Below are positions 18,170 through 26,848 of a stretch of 34,170 nucleotides of DNA, one piece after another. The position numbers and the translations under genes are program-made. Under the pieces are notes generated by a model. The model searched no databases, had not been told where the DNA came from, and was given only the letters and a program-made list of their open reading frames with translations. The DNA is from Candidatus Iainarchaeum sp. (lineage in GTDB: Archaea; Iainarchaeota; Iainarchaeia; Iainarchaeales; Iainarchaeaceae): assembly GCA_043812975.1 (NCBI GenBank), contig JBDRLP010000014.1, positions 1-34,170 on the forward strand, read 5' to 3'. Position 1 is the first letter of the stretch. Each line of letters begins with the position of its first letter.

Positions 18170-20515
18170 ATGATTAAAAAAGTGAGGCGAAGGAAATCCA
18201 TCGGAGAACTGTATGGGAAAATATCTATTTCTGGAAGAGATTTTGAAAGCGGTGACAGAAAACTTGTCATGGAAATAGAGCCTCCGTTTGTAAGGCTTTG
18301 TAAAAAACTTGCAAAAATGTCTCCTGGCATGGGAAAGGGAGGCATATTCACTAAGGAAAACAAAGAAGCAATAGAGTATTTAGACTGGAAATTAACTCCG
18401 CAGGATTTTACTGCTGCTTCAAAAATTGTACTGTTAATTTCTTTTTTCCTTGCTTTTGCTGCAGGGATAATTGTGTATATTTCTCCATTACAGGAAATGC
18501 TTGCACTATTCACGAATGATGCTATCACTGCATTAGTATACTCATTTTTTCCTTTTTTGATTACTGCAGTTGGAATCATTTATTATTTTCAGTCTTATCC
18601 GGTTAACGCTGCTAAAAAAGAACAAACAAAATCCCTCACTTATGTGCCTGAAATAATGGGTTACATGATTATGTCAATCAAACTTGTACCGAATCTTGAA
18701 AAGGCAGTCGAGTTTGCAGCAGCACATGGAAAAGGAAAAATCGCAAAAGACTTCAAAAATCTTATTTGGGGTACACAAATCGGGGTTTATAATTCTCTTA
18801 GTGAAGGACTAGATACTCTTGCTTATCGCTGGGGAAAATACAGTGAGGAATTCAAAAGAGGCCTAATGAGAATTCGTGCTTCTGTTATTGAAAATACTGA
18901 AGCAAAAAGATACGCTTTGCTTGACCAAACAATGAGTGAAATGCTGGAATCAATCCGCAATAAGATGGAATTATATGCACGAGATCTTTCCCAGCCAAGT
19001 ACAATGCTCTTTTACATAGGAGTTCTATTGCCATTGCTGCTTATAATTATCCTTCCTGTTGGAAGTTCTTTTTCAGGCGCTCCGTTAGCAAATCCACTAG
19101 TTCTTTTCATGATTTACAATATAATTATCCCTCTTGTAACAATAGTTTTTGCTTACAACTTACTTCAGACAAGACCTCCGACTTATTCTCCGCCAATAAT
19201 TCCTGATGATTATCCTGGCCTTCCTCCAAAATGGAAAATTCCCATTGGTGGTTCAAATGTAGATGCAAGATTTTTAGCAATTCTTGTTCTTGTTTTTGGT
19301 CTTGTTTTTACTTCTGTTCTTTCAACACAGGGGCTTCCCCCAAAAATACTCAATGAAATAGACGGGATTGATATTGAATTAGACGATCAGATTCTTGCAC
19401 CTGACCGAACCAAAGAGGATATTTTAATTTCCGCAGGAAGAGATCCTGATTACTTTGCAACAGATTATCCAGCGCATACAGGTAAGCGTTTTAATGAAAA
19501 ATTATCAAGACTTCGTCCGCGTATAGAAGATGATGAGGAATTAGAACTTGCAATTACAACAATAACACAGGAAATAAGAAGTGAAGAACAGCTTTTCTTT
19601 TCAAAGGGAGAAAATGATGTTTCTCCTTACAAACTTGTATTTGGTTTTTTGATTTCATTTTCATTAGCACTTTACATTTTATTTTTCCTTGCCAACAAGG
19701 CAAAAAGAAAAGCACAGTTAGATGTTCAGGAAATGGAAGTGGAATTTAAGGACTCATTATATGTTATTGCTTCAAGGATGGGTGAAAACAAGCCAATCGA
19801 AGATGCGATGAAACATGTGCAGGAATTTTTACCTGACTTTAAAATTTCCAGAGTTGTTTTTGCAAAAACACTTGACAACATTAAACTTTTGGGAATGCCT
19901 CTTGAACAAGCGGTTTTTGATAAAACAAGCGGAAGCGTTTCAAGGATTCCTTCAACAATAATAAAAAGTTCAATGAGAATGCTTATTGATTCAGTACAGC
20001 TGGGTGTTAATGTTGCTGCGCGAACAATGATTTCGCTTTCAATACAATTACAGAATGCGGAAAAAGTAAATAATACTTTGAAAATTCTTGTTAGTGATGT
20101 TATAGGCACCATGAAAACAATGACGATGTTCATTGCGCCAATAGTTTTAGGAATAACAACTTCTCTTCAGAGAATTGTGATAGTAACAATTTCTTCACTT
20201 GCTTCTTCCAGTGTTCTGGATAGTGCATCAAATTCAGGTTCTGCTCTCGGGGATAGTTTTTCAAGTTTCAGTGTTTCGGGTTTTATTTCTCCTGAAGCAA
20301 TTGCCGGAATCGCTTCACCTACCCAATTCATCCTTATTGTTGCAATTTATATTATTGAATTAGTTGCAATAATGACGTACTTCACGACAAAAATCGAAGA
20401 AGACAATGATTTGCTTGTTCAAATGAATATTGCGCAGTACATGCCTATAGCAATAACTATGTTTGTTATCAGCATGATTATCTCAAATGTATTTCTTGCA
20501 GTAGGAACTGGATAA
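18170..20515 (+). CDS. Pilus assembly membrane platform protein (FlaJ/TadC/GspF-like, two fused units)
   Basis: Directly abuts the ATPase; two helical cytoplasmic units (VPNLEKAVEFAA; ENKPIEDAMKHV...PLEQAV), each followed by TM helices. Confidence 0.85.
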   Translation: MIKKVRRRKSIGELYGKISISGRDFESGDRKLVMEIEPPFVRLCKKLAKMSPGMGKGGIFTKENKEAIEYLDWKLTPQDFTAASKIVLLISFFLAFAAGIIVYISPLQEMLALFTNDAITALVYSFFPFLITAVGIIYYFQSYPVNAAKKEQTKSLTYVPEIMGYMIMSIKLVPNLEKAVEFAAAHGKGKIAKDFKNLIWGTQIGVYNSLSEGLDTLAYRWGKYSEEFKRGLMRIRASVIENTEAKRYALLDQTMSEMLESIRNKMELYARDLSQPSTMLFYIGVLLPLLLIIILPVGSSFSGAPLANPLVLFMIYNIIIPLVTIVFAYNLLQTRPPTYSPPIIPDDYPGLPPKWKIPIGGSNVDARFLAILVLVFGLVFTSVLSTQGLPPKILNEIDGIDIELDDQILAPDRTKEDILISAGRDPDYFATDYPAHTGKRFNEKLSRLRPRIEDDEELELAITTITQEIRSEEQLFFSKGENDVSPYKLVFGFLISFSLALYILFFLANKAKRKAQLDVQEMEVEFKDSLYVIASRMGENKPIEDAMKHVQEFLPDFKISRVVFAKTLDNIKLLGMPLEQAVFDKTSGSVSRIPSTIIKSSMRMLIDSVQLGVNVAARTMISLSIQLQNAEKVNNTLKILVSDVIGTMKTMTMFIAPIVLGITTSLQRIVIVTISSLASSSVLDSASNSGSALGDSFSSFSVSGFISPEAIAGIASPTQFILIVAIYIIELVAIMTYFTTKIEEDNDLLVQMNIAQYMPIAITMFVISMIISNVFLAVGTG

Positions 20516-20516
20516 A

Positions 20517-20945
20517 ATGGATTCAAAAGCTCAGGCCTTTGCTCCGTTCAAAATGTTAATAGGTGCAATTATGGCTATGCTTATTTTAGTCATTATTATT
20601 GGAGCAATAAATTATTTTGAGGATCTCAGAGTTGATGTTTCAAGACAGAGGTTTTATGATGGATTAAATAATGCTATTCATCAGCCTAATGAAACTATTC
20701 TTCAGGTTGAGGATGCGCAATTTGCTGAAGGAACGACATTTTCTACTTTGGGGCTTTCAAAAAAATCAGGTCTCGATCCAGAGTGTTTAGAATTTGTTGA
20801 TACTGATTCCCCGACTTTTGTGGTGGAAGATGAGCTTATAACAATAAAAGAAAATGTGCTTACTGATGTTTTCATAAAATGCGAAACAGAAAGTGCTGGT
20901 TGTGTTATTTTTTGTGAAATCTCGTTCGGAACCGATTTCGACTGA
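20517..20945 (+). CDS. Pilin-like protein, class III signal peptide (142 aa)
   Basis: MDSKA|QAFAPFKMLIGAIMAMLILVIIIG; 4 Cys in the head domain. Confidence 0.8.
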   Translation: MDSKAQAFAPFKMLIGAIMAMLILVIIIGAINYFEDLRVDVSRQRFYDGLNNAIHQPNETILQVEDAQFAEGTTFSTLGLSKKSGLDPECLEFVDTDSPTFVVEDELITIKENVLTDVFIKCETESAGCVIFCEISFGTDFD

Positions 20946-20952
20946 ACCTTGT

Positions 20953-20972
20953 GAAAGAATAAAGTTTATATA
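20953..20972 (+). promoter_or_regulatory. BRE/TATA internal promoter upstream of pilin 21005..21547
   Basis: Purine-rich run followed by TTTATATA (20965-20972), in the first real intergenic gap of the operon. Confidence 0.6.
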
Positions 20973-21004
20973 TGGGTTAAACTCTTAACTTTAGAGTGAT
21001 TAAA

Positions 21005-21547
21005 ATGGATTCAAAAGGTCAAGCGTATAGTGTATTCAAACTTCTGATTGCGGCTGTTGTTGCAGGAGCAATTTTACTTATTTTATTACAGGTACTTCAG
21101 GTTTTGCCGAACATTGGTTCACAAAACCCGAACAGTGTTTCTTCAGAAATAGTTAAAAGCCAGATAAACAGCCCTGGGGAAGAAAGAATAATCAAAGATG
21201 TTTCTTTCAACAATGGAGATTCACTTAATGCTAAAACAATTGCAGCAGGTTCAGGCGGACTATCAACACAACAAATTTGTGTTTTTGCAAGTGACTTTGC
21301 ACCTAATTTAGAATCATTTATAGATCCTGGTGAAAATGGGAAAGTTGTTATTTATGAAGGCTCATTTGCGCAGAAAACAAGATTATTCATAATGTGTGAC
21401 AGGTGGAATGATCTTATTGAGACTGATGGATCACTTGAAGTTTATAACGTTGAAGAAAGGTTTGGTATTGATGAGGGTCTTGATGGTTGTGAAGCACCAG
21501 AACCAGAAACTTCAAACTACTGTGTAGTAGCAATAATCTCAGATTAA
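21005..21547 (+). CDS. Pilin-like protein, class III signal peptide (180 aa; candidate major pilin)
   Basis: MDSKG|QAYSVFKLLIAAVVAGAILLILL; 4 Cys; own TATA box; GTGAT SD-like site before ATG 21005 (alternative GTG start at 20996). Confidence 0.82.
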   Translation: MDSKGQAYSVFKLLIAAVVAGAILLILLQVLQVLPNIGSQNPNSVSSEIVKSQINSPGEERIIKDVSFNNGDSLNAKTIAAGSGGLSTQQICVFASDFAPNLESFIDPGENGKVVIYEGSFAQKTRLFIMCDRWNDLIETDGSLEVYNVEERFGIDEGLDGCEAPEPETSNYCVVAIISD

Positions 21548-21548
21548 A

Positions 21549-21623
21549 CACAGTTGCACCCTTCGGGCACCTTCGGCGGCTGTGGGGTACCGTCCACTTC
21601 GTCCCGAAGGGACTCAGTAGGAC
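21549..21623. other. GC-rich intergenic double-hairpin element (75 bp)
   Basis: CACAGTTG...CGGCTGTG stem enclosing CCC-TTC-GGG and CC-TTC-GG mini-hairpins, followed by GTCC-ACT-tc-GTCCC-GAA-GGGAC-tc-AGT-a-GGAC. Confidence 0.7.
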
Positions 21624-21665
21624 TAAATCCACAACATTAAATACTAGTTTTCCCAATAGTTTTTA

Positions 21666-21830
21666 ATGTTTGAAAGTATTCTTGCTGAAGAAAAAGCCCA
21701 GGGAGAATGGAGCTCAGTCTACTTACTAATTGTATTCGTTATTGCCGCAATTTTAATCATTGCCCTGATAAAACCAATGTTCAAACAAAGCCAGGAAATA
21801 GTAAAAAGACAGCCAATAATAGGTGAGTAA
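21666..21830 (+). CDS. Very short pilin with class III signal peptide (54 aa), not in ORF track
   Basis: MFESILAEEKA|QGEWSSVYLLIVFVIAAILIIALIKPMFKQSQEIVKRQPIIGE*; in the pilin cluster, on the same strand. Confidence 0.8.
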   Translation: MFESILAEEKAQGEWSSVYLLIVFVIAAILIIALIKPMFKQSQEIVKRQPIIGE

Positions 21831-21847
21831 ACTCAATAATCTAATGC

Positions 21848-22016
21848 TGTTTTTCGCATTATTTATATAGTTCTTTTACGTATTTTGAATGATGCCACAG
21901 TTTCGGCTGTGGGCAACGACGGTTATCTCATCGCCTTTGGCGACGATGAGATAAGCCAGAAGTCAAAGTTGTTTTTCGCATTATTTATATAGTTCTTTTA
22001 CGTATTTTGATTGATG
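21848..22016. repeat. 47-bp direct repeat (promoter plus start codon) flanking a 75-bp hairpin insert
   Basis: tgtttttcgcattatttatatagttcttttacgtattttga(a/t)tgatg at 21848-21894 and 21970-22016 (46/47). The insert at 21895-21969 holds hairpins 21895-21912 and 21923-21954. Confidence 0.93.
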
Positions 22017-22592
22017 TTTTCAGAGAAAGGACAGGAATCCGCGCCGTTTGAATTATTAATTGCAATAATAATAATGACTTTTGTAATTGTTGTCGGTTTT
22101 AACGCATTAGAAACTCTTAACAGGGAAACGTGTAAGGGGCAAATAAACAAAAATCTTGAAGATATTAAAACATCTATTGAATCAGTTGTAAAAAATAAGT
22201 CAAAAACAAATGTTGCTTATGACTTACCAACCTGTTTCCGTGAAAGCGAAAGCGGACTTATAATCATTGAAAGGAATGACACAACATATTGTTCGAATGT
22301 CTGCGGTGGAAGCCTTGCACAATGTACTGTGCTGCAGTTTTCTTCAAGCGATCCATCTTACACTGAAACAAAATGTCTAAGGATTTCTTCAGCAACAACT
22401 TTTCCAGATGAAGATGTTACTTGTCCATCAAATCTTTTAGAACCTGAGGAGGGTTATAAAGCAGTTGACTGGAAAGCTATTGGTGATGATTCAGGGTTCA
22501 GGACATCAATTCTTCCGGGGCAATATACATTAATTCGGCAGTCAAATCTGTTCAGTAATGCCCCAATAATTTGTGTTTACAGGAGGGAATAG
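22014..22592 (+). CDS. Pilin-like protein, class III signal peptide, Cys-rich head
   Basis: MFSEKG|QESAPFELLIAIIIMTFVIVVGF; 8 Cys; TTTATATA at 21984-21991. Confidence 0.82.
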   Translation: MFSEKGQESAPFELLIAIIIMTFVIVVGFNALETLNRETCKGQINKNLEDIKTSIESVVKNKSKTNVAYDLPTCFRESESGLIIIERNDTTYCSNVCGGSLAQCTVLQFSSSDPSYTETKCLRISSATTFPDEDVTCPSNLLEPEEGYKAVDWKAIGDDSGFRTSILPGQYTLIRQSNLFSNAPIICVYRRE

Positions 22593-22593
22593 T

Positions 22594-23262
22594 ATGCTTG
22601 GATATATTTTGAGCAAGTTAAATCTATTGATTCTTGTTACTGCGATTTTTGCAATTATTGGTTTTTTTGCAATAGGTTTAGCAGATATTACAAAAGTAAA
22701 TGAGGCTAAAGAATTAGCATTTTTGATTAATGAAAAAACATTTGCACTTGTTTCTGCTTCGGCTTATTGCTTAAGTGATTCTCATATTGTTTCTGATGAC
22801 TTGAGTGTTGCAGGCGGGAGATTTTATTATGTGATATCCATTTCCAAAGAAGAAGTATATATTGATGGGGATACTGAGCCTACAAATATTGTGATATTTT
22901 CTGTTTTTCCAAGAGATGAAATCAAGCGGTCTGTTACTGATTCAGGTTATACTCCAAAATCAATTGCTGCTGAAAGCTTCAGGACAAAGGCAGAGGTACA
23001 TCTTTATTCAAGAATCTATAATGGCACAGATTATGAAGGGGCATTTCGGGAACACACAGGAACACTTGATGAACCTGTTTATATTGACCCGCAGGCAATC
23101 ACAAGAGGAAACGGTATTGAATTTATTAAAGAAGTTGAATTAGGTAAACCAAAATTATATTTGATTATATGTAATGATGCGGTTTGTAAGGCCAACAAAA
23201 CCGAAATAGGAGAACAAGTACATGCGCCCTTGCCATCAAATGAAGGAGGGTTCAAATGTTAA
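22594..23262 (+). CDS. Minor pilin-like / N-terminally anchored exported protein (222 aa)
   Basis: ATG 22594 preceded by AGGAGG (22581-22586); MLGYILSKLNLLILVTAIFAIIGFFAIG followed by a long helix; no canonical KG/Q leader. Confidence 0.68.
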   Translation: MLGYILSKLNLLILVTAIFAIIGFFAIGLADITKVNEAKELAFLINEKTFALVSASAYCLSDSHIVSDDLSVAGGRFYYVISISKEEVYIDGDTEPTNIVIFSVFPRDEIKRSVTDSGYTPKSIAAESFRTKAEVHLYSRIYNGTDYEGAFREHTGTLDEPVYIDPQAITRGNGIEFIKEVELGKPKLYLIICNDAVCKANKTEIGEQVHAPLPSNEGGFKC

Positions 23263-23777
23263 ACAAAGGTTTTATCGGGCCGATAGGAGATGACTTGCCG
23301 TCTTTAATCCCTTTACTTTTTGGATTAGTGATGTTCTTCTCAATATTCACTTTAACCTTCAATTCTTTTGATGCAAGGAACACAGAATTTAATAATGATA
23401 TTTCTGTAATGAGAATTTCAAGGGTTCTGCAGTCAAACAGCTACATTTATGGTTATAATCATTTTGAACGTTTATGTGATGAACTTGGTGTTGTTAATCT
23501 TAAATTTGTTGCAGGAATTTCCTCACAGGGAACTGATTCTTCTTCTGATATTGCTGAGAACATTTTTCAAATACAATTTTTCAAAAACGAGGACAATGAT
23601 ATATTTTACTGCACCAATACAGAATCTTCTCCCAGCCCAGTAAAGCCTATGATTTCTGATTTTATTAGTTTACAGGAAGCAACCCAGACAAATGTTGTTT
23701 CAAGAATATTCCCTATTGTAGTGGAAGATGAAAAAATTGTAAAACCAATGCACTTGTTTGTGGTGGCGTGGAAATGA
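23256..23777 (+). CDS. Pilin-like protein, class III-like signal (173 aa)
   Basis: MLNKG|FIGPIGDDLPSLIPLLFGLVMFFSIF; overlaps both neighbours (translational coupling). Confidence 0.72.
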   Translation: MLNKGFIGPIGDDLPSLIPLLFGLVMFFSIFTLTFNSFDARNTEFNNDISVMRISRVLQSNSYIYGYNHFERLCDELGVVNLKFVAGISSQGTDSSSDIAENIFQIQFFKNEDNDIFYCTNTESSPSPVKPMISDFISLQEATQTNVVSRIFPIVVEDEKIVKPMHLFVVAWK

Positions 23778-24592
23778 ACCAAAAAGGACAGGCAGCAGTA
23801 ACAGATGCATTATACTTTTTACTAATAGTTACTTTTCTTTCAGTGTTCCTGTTTGGTTTTGCAAACAGTTATGGAAATACTGTAAGAGAACTTATTTCTG
23901 ATGAATACAATTCTACTTTTGCAACTAACGCATTAAAATCAATCCTTTATACTTCAACCCCGAGGGATCCTAACTATGATGTTTTTGATGATGAAGCAGA
24001 AATAGATTATCTCCTAGCAATACTGAAAGAGGATTATGCTGATGATCAGGATATAGATGAAATTGAAAGAAAAGTTCTTGGAAAAACAATCCTTTCAATC
24101 CTGAGCCCTGTAGGGGATACATTTGATTATATTTTTACTATTCAGACTTCCGGAGAATCAAAGAATTTTGTTTACATTTTTTTTCACACGACGAACTTTA
24201 AACAGGAACGTGCTGATCTTGTTCTGGCAAGAGATTTTTATATTTACTCAGCTGAACCAGATAATCCAAGTACTGATGAGGATGAAACTCACGTAAATTA
24301 TTTCTGCGGAATAGGTTCCGATTATGATCGCCTTGAAATCTTCCTAACTAGGTTGAGGGCAAATGTAGGTCCGACTTCAGAGGCAACTGCTCCTATAAAA
24401 CTTATTAAGGAGCAGTTAGGAACCAGTGATATTGACAGTTTTAATGCACAGGTTGATCTTATTTTGTGGGATGCTGTATGGTTAGGTAAAACAGGGGATC
24501 GGACATCCAATTTGTTTTATGCTGATGACCCTGACGAGGAAAGCAATATTCCTCTTGACTGGGGCTGTGAAAAAGCAGAATTATTCAGCTAA
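23774..24592 (+). CDS. Pilin-like protein, class III signal peptide (272 aa)
   Basis: ATGA overlap with the upstream stop; MNQKG|QAAVTDALYFLLIVTFLSVFLF. Confidence 0.8.
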   Translation: MNQKGQAAVTDALYFLLIVTFLSVFLFGFANSYGNTVRELISDEYNSTFATNALKSILYTSTPRDPNYDVFDDEAEIDYLLAILKEDYADDQDIDEIERKVLGKTILSILSPVGDTFDYIFTIQTSGESKNFVYIFFHTTNFKQERADLVLARDFYIYSAEPDNPSTDEDETHVNYFCGIGSDYDRLEIFLTRLRANVGPTSEATAPIKLIKEQLGTSDIDSFNAQVDLILWDAVWLGKTGDRTSNLFYADDPDEESNIPLDWGCEKAELFS

Positions 24593-24632
24593 TGCTTTTT
24601 CAAAAGCAGAATTATTTAGTTAGTGCTTTTTC
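24571..24632. repeat. Tandem 31-bp duplication at the junction of two convergent genes
   Basis: aaaagcagaattattcagctaatgctttttc (24571-24601) vs aaaagcagaattatttagttagtgctttttc (24602-24632), 28/31 identical. Confidence 0.85.
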
Positions 24633-25386
24633 TTTTTTTGAATTCGTTGGAACATTTAGGGCAGGTATAATCCAAAGAATCTATCTTAACCTCGACTTTT
24701 TTTGCACAATGGTCGCAAAAAGCCTCGCCGCAGTTAGGACAGTAAATAAAGTCCTTTGTTTTGTTGTTGCAGGTCGGACAATTATTTTCTGTTGTTTCAG
24801 TTTCCTTTTCAATTAAATCAAAATCATCAACATCTTCTAATTTGTTTTCAAGCGAACCTAGTTCGTCTACTGAAGAAAGTTTTTTTACTTCTTCAGAGGA
24901 TTCTAATTGGGATAAGTCATCGTTTTTTTCCAGTAAATCAGGCATTTCACCAGAATCATTTATTTTAGGCATTTCAATTTTTTGTTTCTCTTGTTTTGGA
25001 ATTTCTGTTTTTTCTTCTTGTTCAGTTTCTTTGTGACCATGATGTCCTTTTGCTTTTCGTTTTTCCAAAAAGCTCATTTTTTTCATGTTATCATCAAGAT
25101 CAGTTTCAAGATTTTCCAGTTCTTCTTCAGGTTCCCCTAAATCAATCTGTGAAGAAACTTCTTTTTTTTCTTCTCTATCCTGTTTTATTTCATTTTTCAA
25201 CTGAATAAAAACACTTTCACTTATTTCATCCAATTCATCTTTCTGAGGATACCTTGCGTGCGTATCTTTAAACTTATCAACTTCTTTAATTGCCAGTTCT
25301 GTGCTTCGGTCATCGACATCTTCCTGAGTTGGAAGTTCATCTCGATGTAATCTTTTCAACCTTCTAGGAACTTCTTCATCGCTCAT
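24616..25386 (-). CDS. Acidic, largely disordered protein with C-terminal 8-Cys zinc finger
   Basis: E/D/K-rich body; CPTC-x9-CPNC-x4-CDHC-x14-CPKC. Confidence 0.8.
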   Translation of the reverse strand: MSDEEVPRRLKRLHRDELPTQEDVDDRSTELAIKEVDKFKDTHARYPQKDELDEISESVFIQLKNEIKQDREEKKEVSSQIDLGEPEEELENLETDLDDNMKKMSFLEKRKAKGHHGHKETEQEEKTEIPKQEKQKIEMPKINDSGEMPDLLEKNDDLSQLESSEEVKKLSSVDELGSLENKLEDVDDFDLIEKETETTENNCPTCNNKTKDFIYCPNCGEAFCDHCAKKVEVKIDSLDYTCPKCSNEFKKRKSTN

Positions 25387-26279
25387 TTTGTATCCTCTGT
25401 TTCTTTTAGCAATTCTTTCAGTAATTTTGCTGACCTTGGCATTTCTTTTTCAAGATTGTTCTCTTCAGGTTTTTTTTCAATAGAGACTTTTGCCCTAAGA
25501 TTTTCAGTAATATATCTTTTTCTGGCTTCTGTTTGCTGGTCCATTTCCTGTCTTGTGACAATACTTTGATTGTCTTTTGCCGTCTGATTTTCTTCTAAAT
25601 TCTGAATTATTTTGTCAAGCCTTTTGGTTTTTTCAGGGGAAATCGGTTCAGGTTTACTTGGTTGAAACTGTTTCATGCTCACTTCAGCAGGTTTCATGTT
25701 TGGTTGAGTAGATTTCATGTCCTTTAAAGGGCTCTGGATTGTTTTTTTCATAAAAGGAGTTGCTTTTACTGCAGTAGGTACAGGAGCAGCTTGCTGTATT
25801 GGCTTAATATTTTCCAGCCGATCTTTTAGTTCATTAATCCTGTGCTGGCGGTCAGTATAAGTCGGAGCGTAACTTTCTTCAGGAAGTTTCTTAACTGCTT
25901 TTTTTGCAACAACATTTGCACTAATAACTCTTTTAGGAACTGAAACTTTTACTTTTTTTGTTCCTAAAAATTTTCTTTTCAGAGTAAAAAGAATTATTCC
26001 TGCACTTAGAAAAATAATTGAGTTTAATAAAACTATTTTAAAGAAAGCCATTCCTGTTAGTTCAAGGAAAAAAACTATTGCTGAAGAAACCAGAACAAGC
26101 ATTGAAAAAATTATTCCAAAAACTATGCTCCAGCCTTTTTTATAAGCAGGCTCTAATGACCTTATATTAGGCCAGCCGATTCTTAGGAGAATATACCCCC
26201 ATGTAGAAGATCCTAGAATTAAGTATAGAGATATTACTCCATCCAGAATTTGATTGATTAAACTCATGTTAGTAAACAT
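25383..26279 (-). CDS. Membrane protein with 3 N-terminal TMs and a long Lys/Pro-rich tail
   Basis: Three hydrophobic segments in the first ~100 aa; 4-nt overlap with the downstream zinc-finger gene. Confidence 0.78.
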   Translation of the reverse strand: MFTNMSLINQILDGVISLYLILGSSTWGYILLRIGWPNIRSLEPAYKKGWSIVFGIIFSMLVLVSSAIVFFLELTGMAFFKIVLLNSIIFLSAGIILFTLKRKFLGTKKVKVSVPKRVISANVVAKKAVKKLPEESYAPTYTDRQHRINELKDRLENIKPIQQAAPVPTAVKATPFMKKTIQSPLKDMKSTQPNMKPAEVSMKQFQPSKPEPISPEKTKRLDKIIQNLEENQTAKDNQSIVTRQEMDQQTEARKRYITENLRAKVSIEKKPEENNLEKEMPRSAKLLKELLKETEDTK

Positions 26280-26308
26280 ATTTATAGTACTTAATAAATT
26301 ATTGTTTC

Positions 26309-26848
26309 ATGCCAATTAATCCATTAGAAAACCTGTTATTTTCAATTATTGGCTTACTTCAAGGATCGATTATTGTTTGCGTTCCTGTTTTTATTTTGGT
26401 TTTGTTTGGACAGGAATTAAGGGAAAAAATTGAAGAAGAAACAAAAAAAACCTGGATGACAACCGCGTTCATTGCAACAATAATAATGGTTTACATTTTA
26501 CTTTTGATAGCTTATTTTTTACCGTTCATTACTGCTTCTCAGGAAATAGGTCTCGGAGAAGTCCCTTCGATTTTTGCTCCTGATCCATTAACACTTTTGA
26601 TTTCATTCATCGCAGGAGTTCTCTGGGTTGGTGTGGTTACAATAGTTGTTTCATTGCTTTTAATGCCGTTTGAATTTGTAGGTGCTTATATTCATGAGGT
26701 AGTTTCAAAAAAACTCGGGAAAAAACCAGAATGGCTCAAACTCCTGATAACCTCTTACCTAATCAGTGTTTTTGCCTCAGCAATAATACTTTTCCTTGTT
26801 CCTGAAGTAATAACCGGAATATTTTATTTTCTTTATTATGGGCTCTAA
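26309..26848 (+). CDS. Multi-pass membrane protein (179 aa), unknown function
   Basis: 4-5 hydrophobic segments; divergent from 25383..26279 across a 29-nt AT-rich gap. Confidence 0.75.
   Translation: MPINPLENLLFSIIGLLQGSIIVCVPVFILVLFGQELREKIEEETKKTWMTTAFIATIIMVYILLLIAYFLPFITASQEIGLGEVPSIFAPDPLTLLISFIAGVLWVGVVTIVVSLLLMPFEFVGAYIHEVVSKKLGKKPEWLKLLITSYLISVFASAIILFLVPEVITGIFYFLYYGL

Noticed and set aside
15887..20515. Archaellum (FlaI/FlaJ) assignment
   Set aside because: No archaellin-type sequences, FlaH, FlaF/G or chemotaxis genes; the pilins are Q+1-type. No gene symbols assigned.
21549..21623. tRNA interpretation of the GC-rich ~75-bp elements
   Set aside because: No cloverleaf, no GTTC(G/A)A T-loop or D-loop signature, and no acceptor stem pairing the two ends.
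21848..22016. CRISPR mini-array interpretation of the 41-47 bp repeat pair
   Set aside because: Only two copies, the repeat is a promoter sequence, the 75-bp insert is structured, and there are no cas genes.
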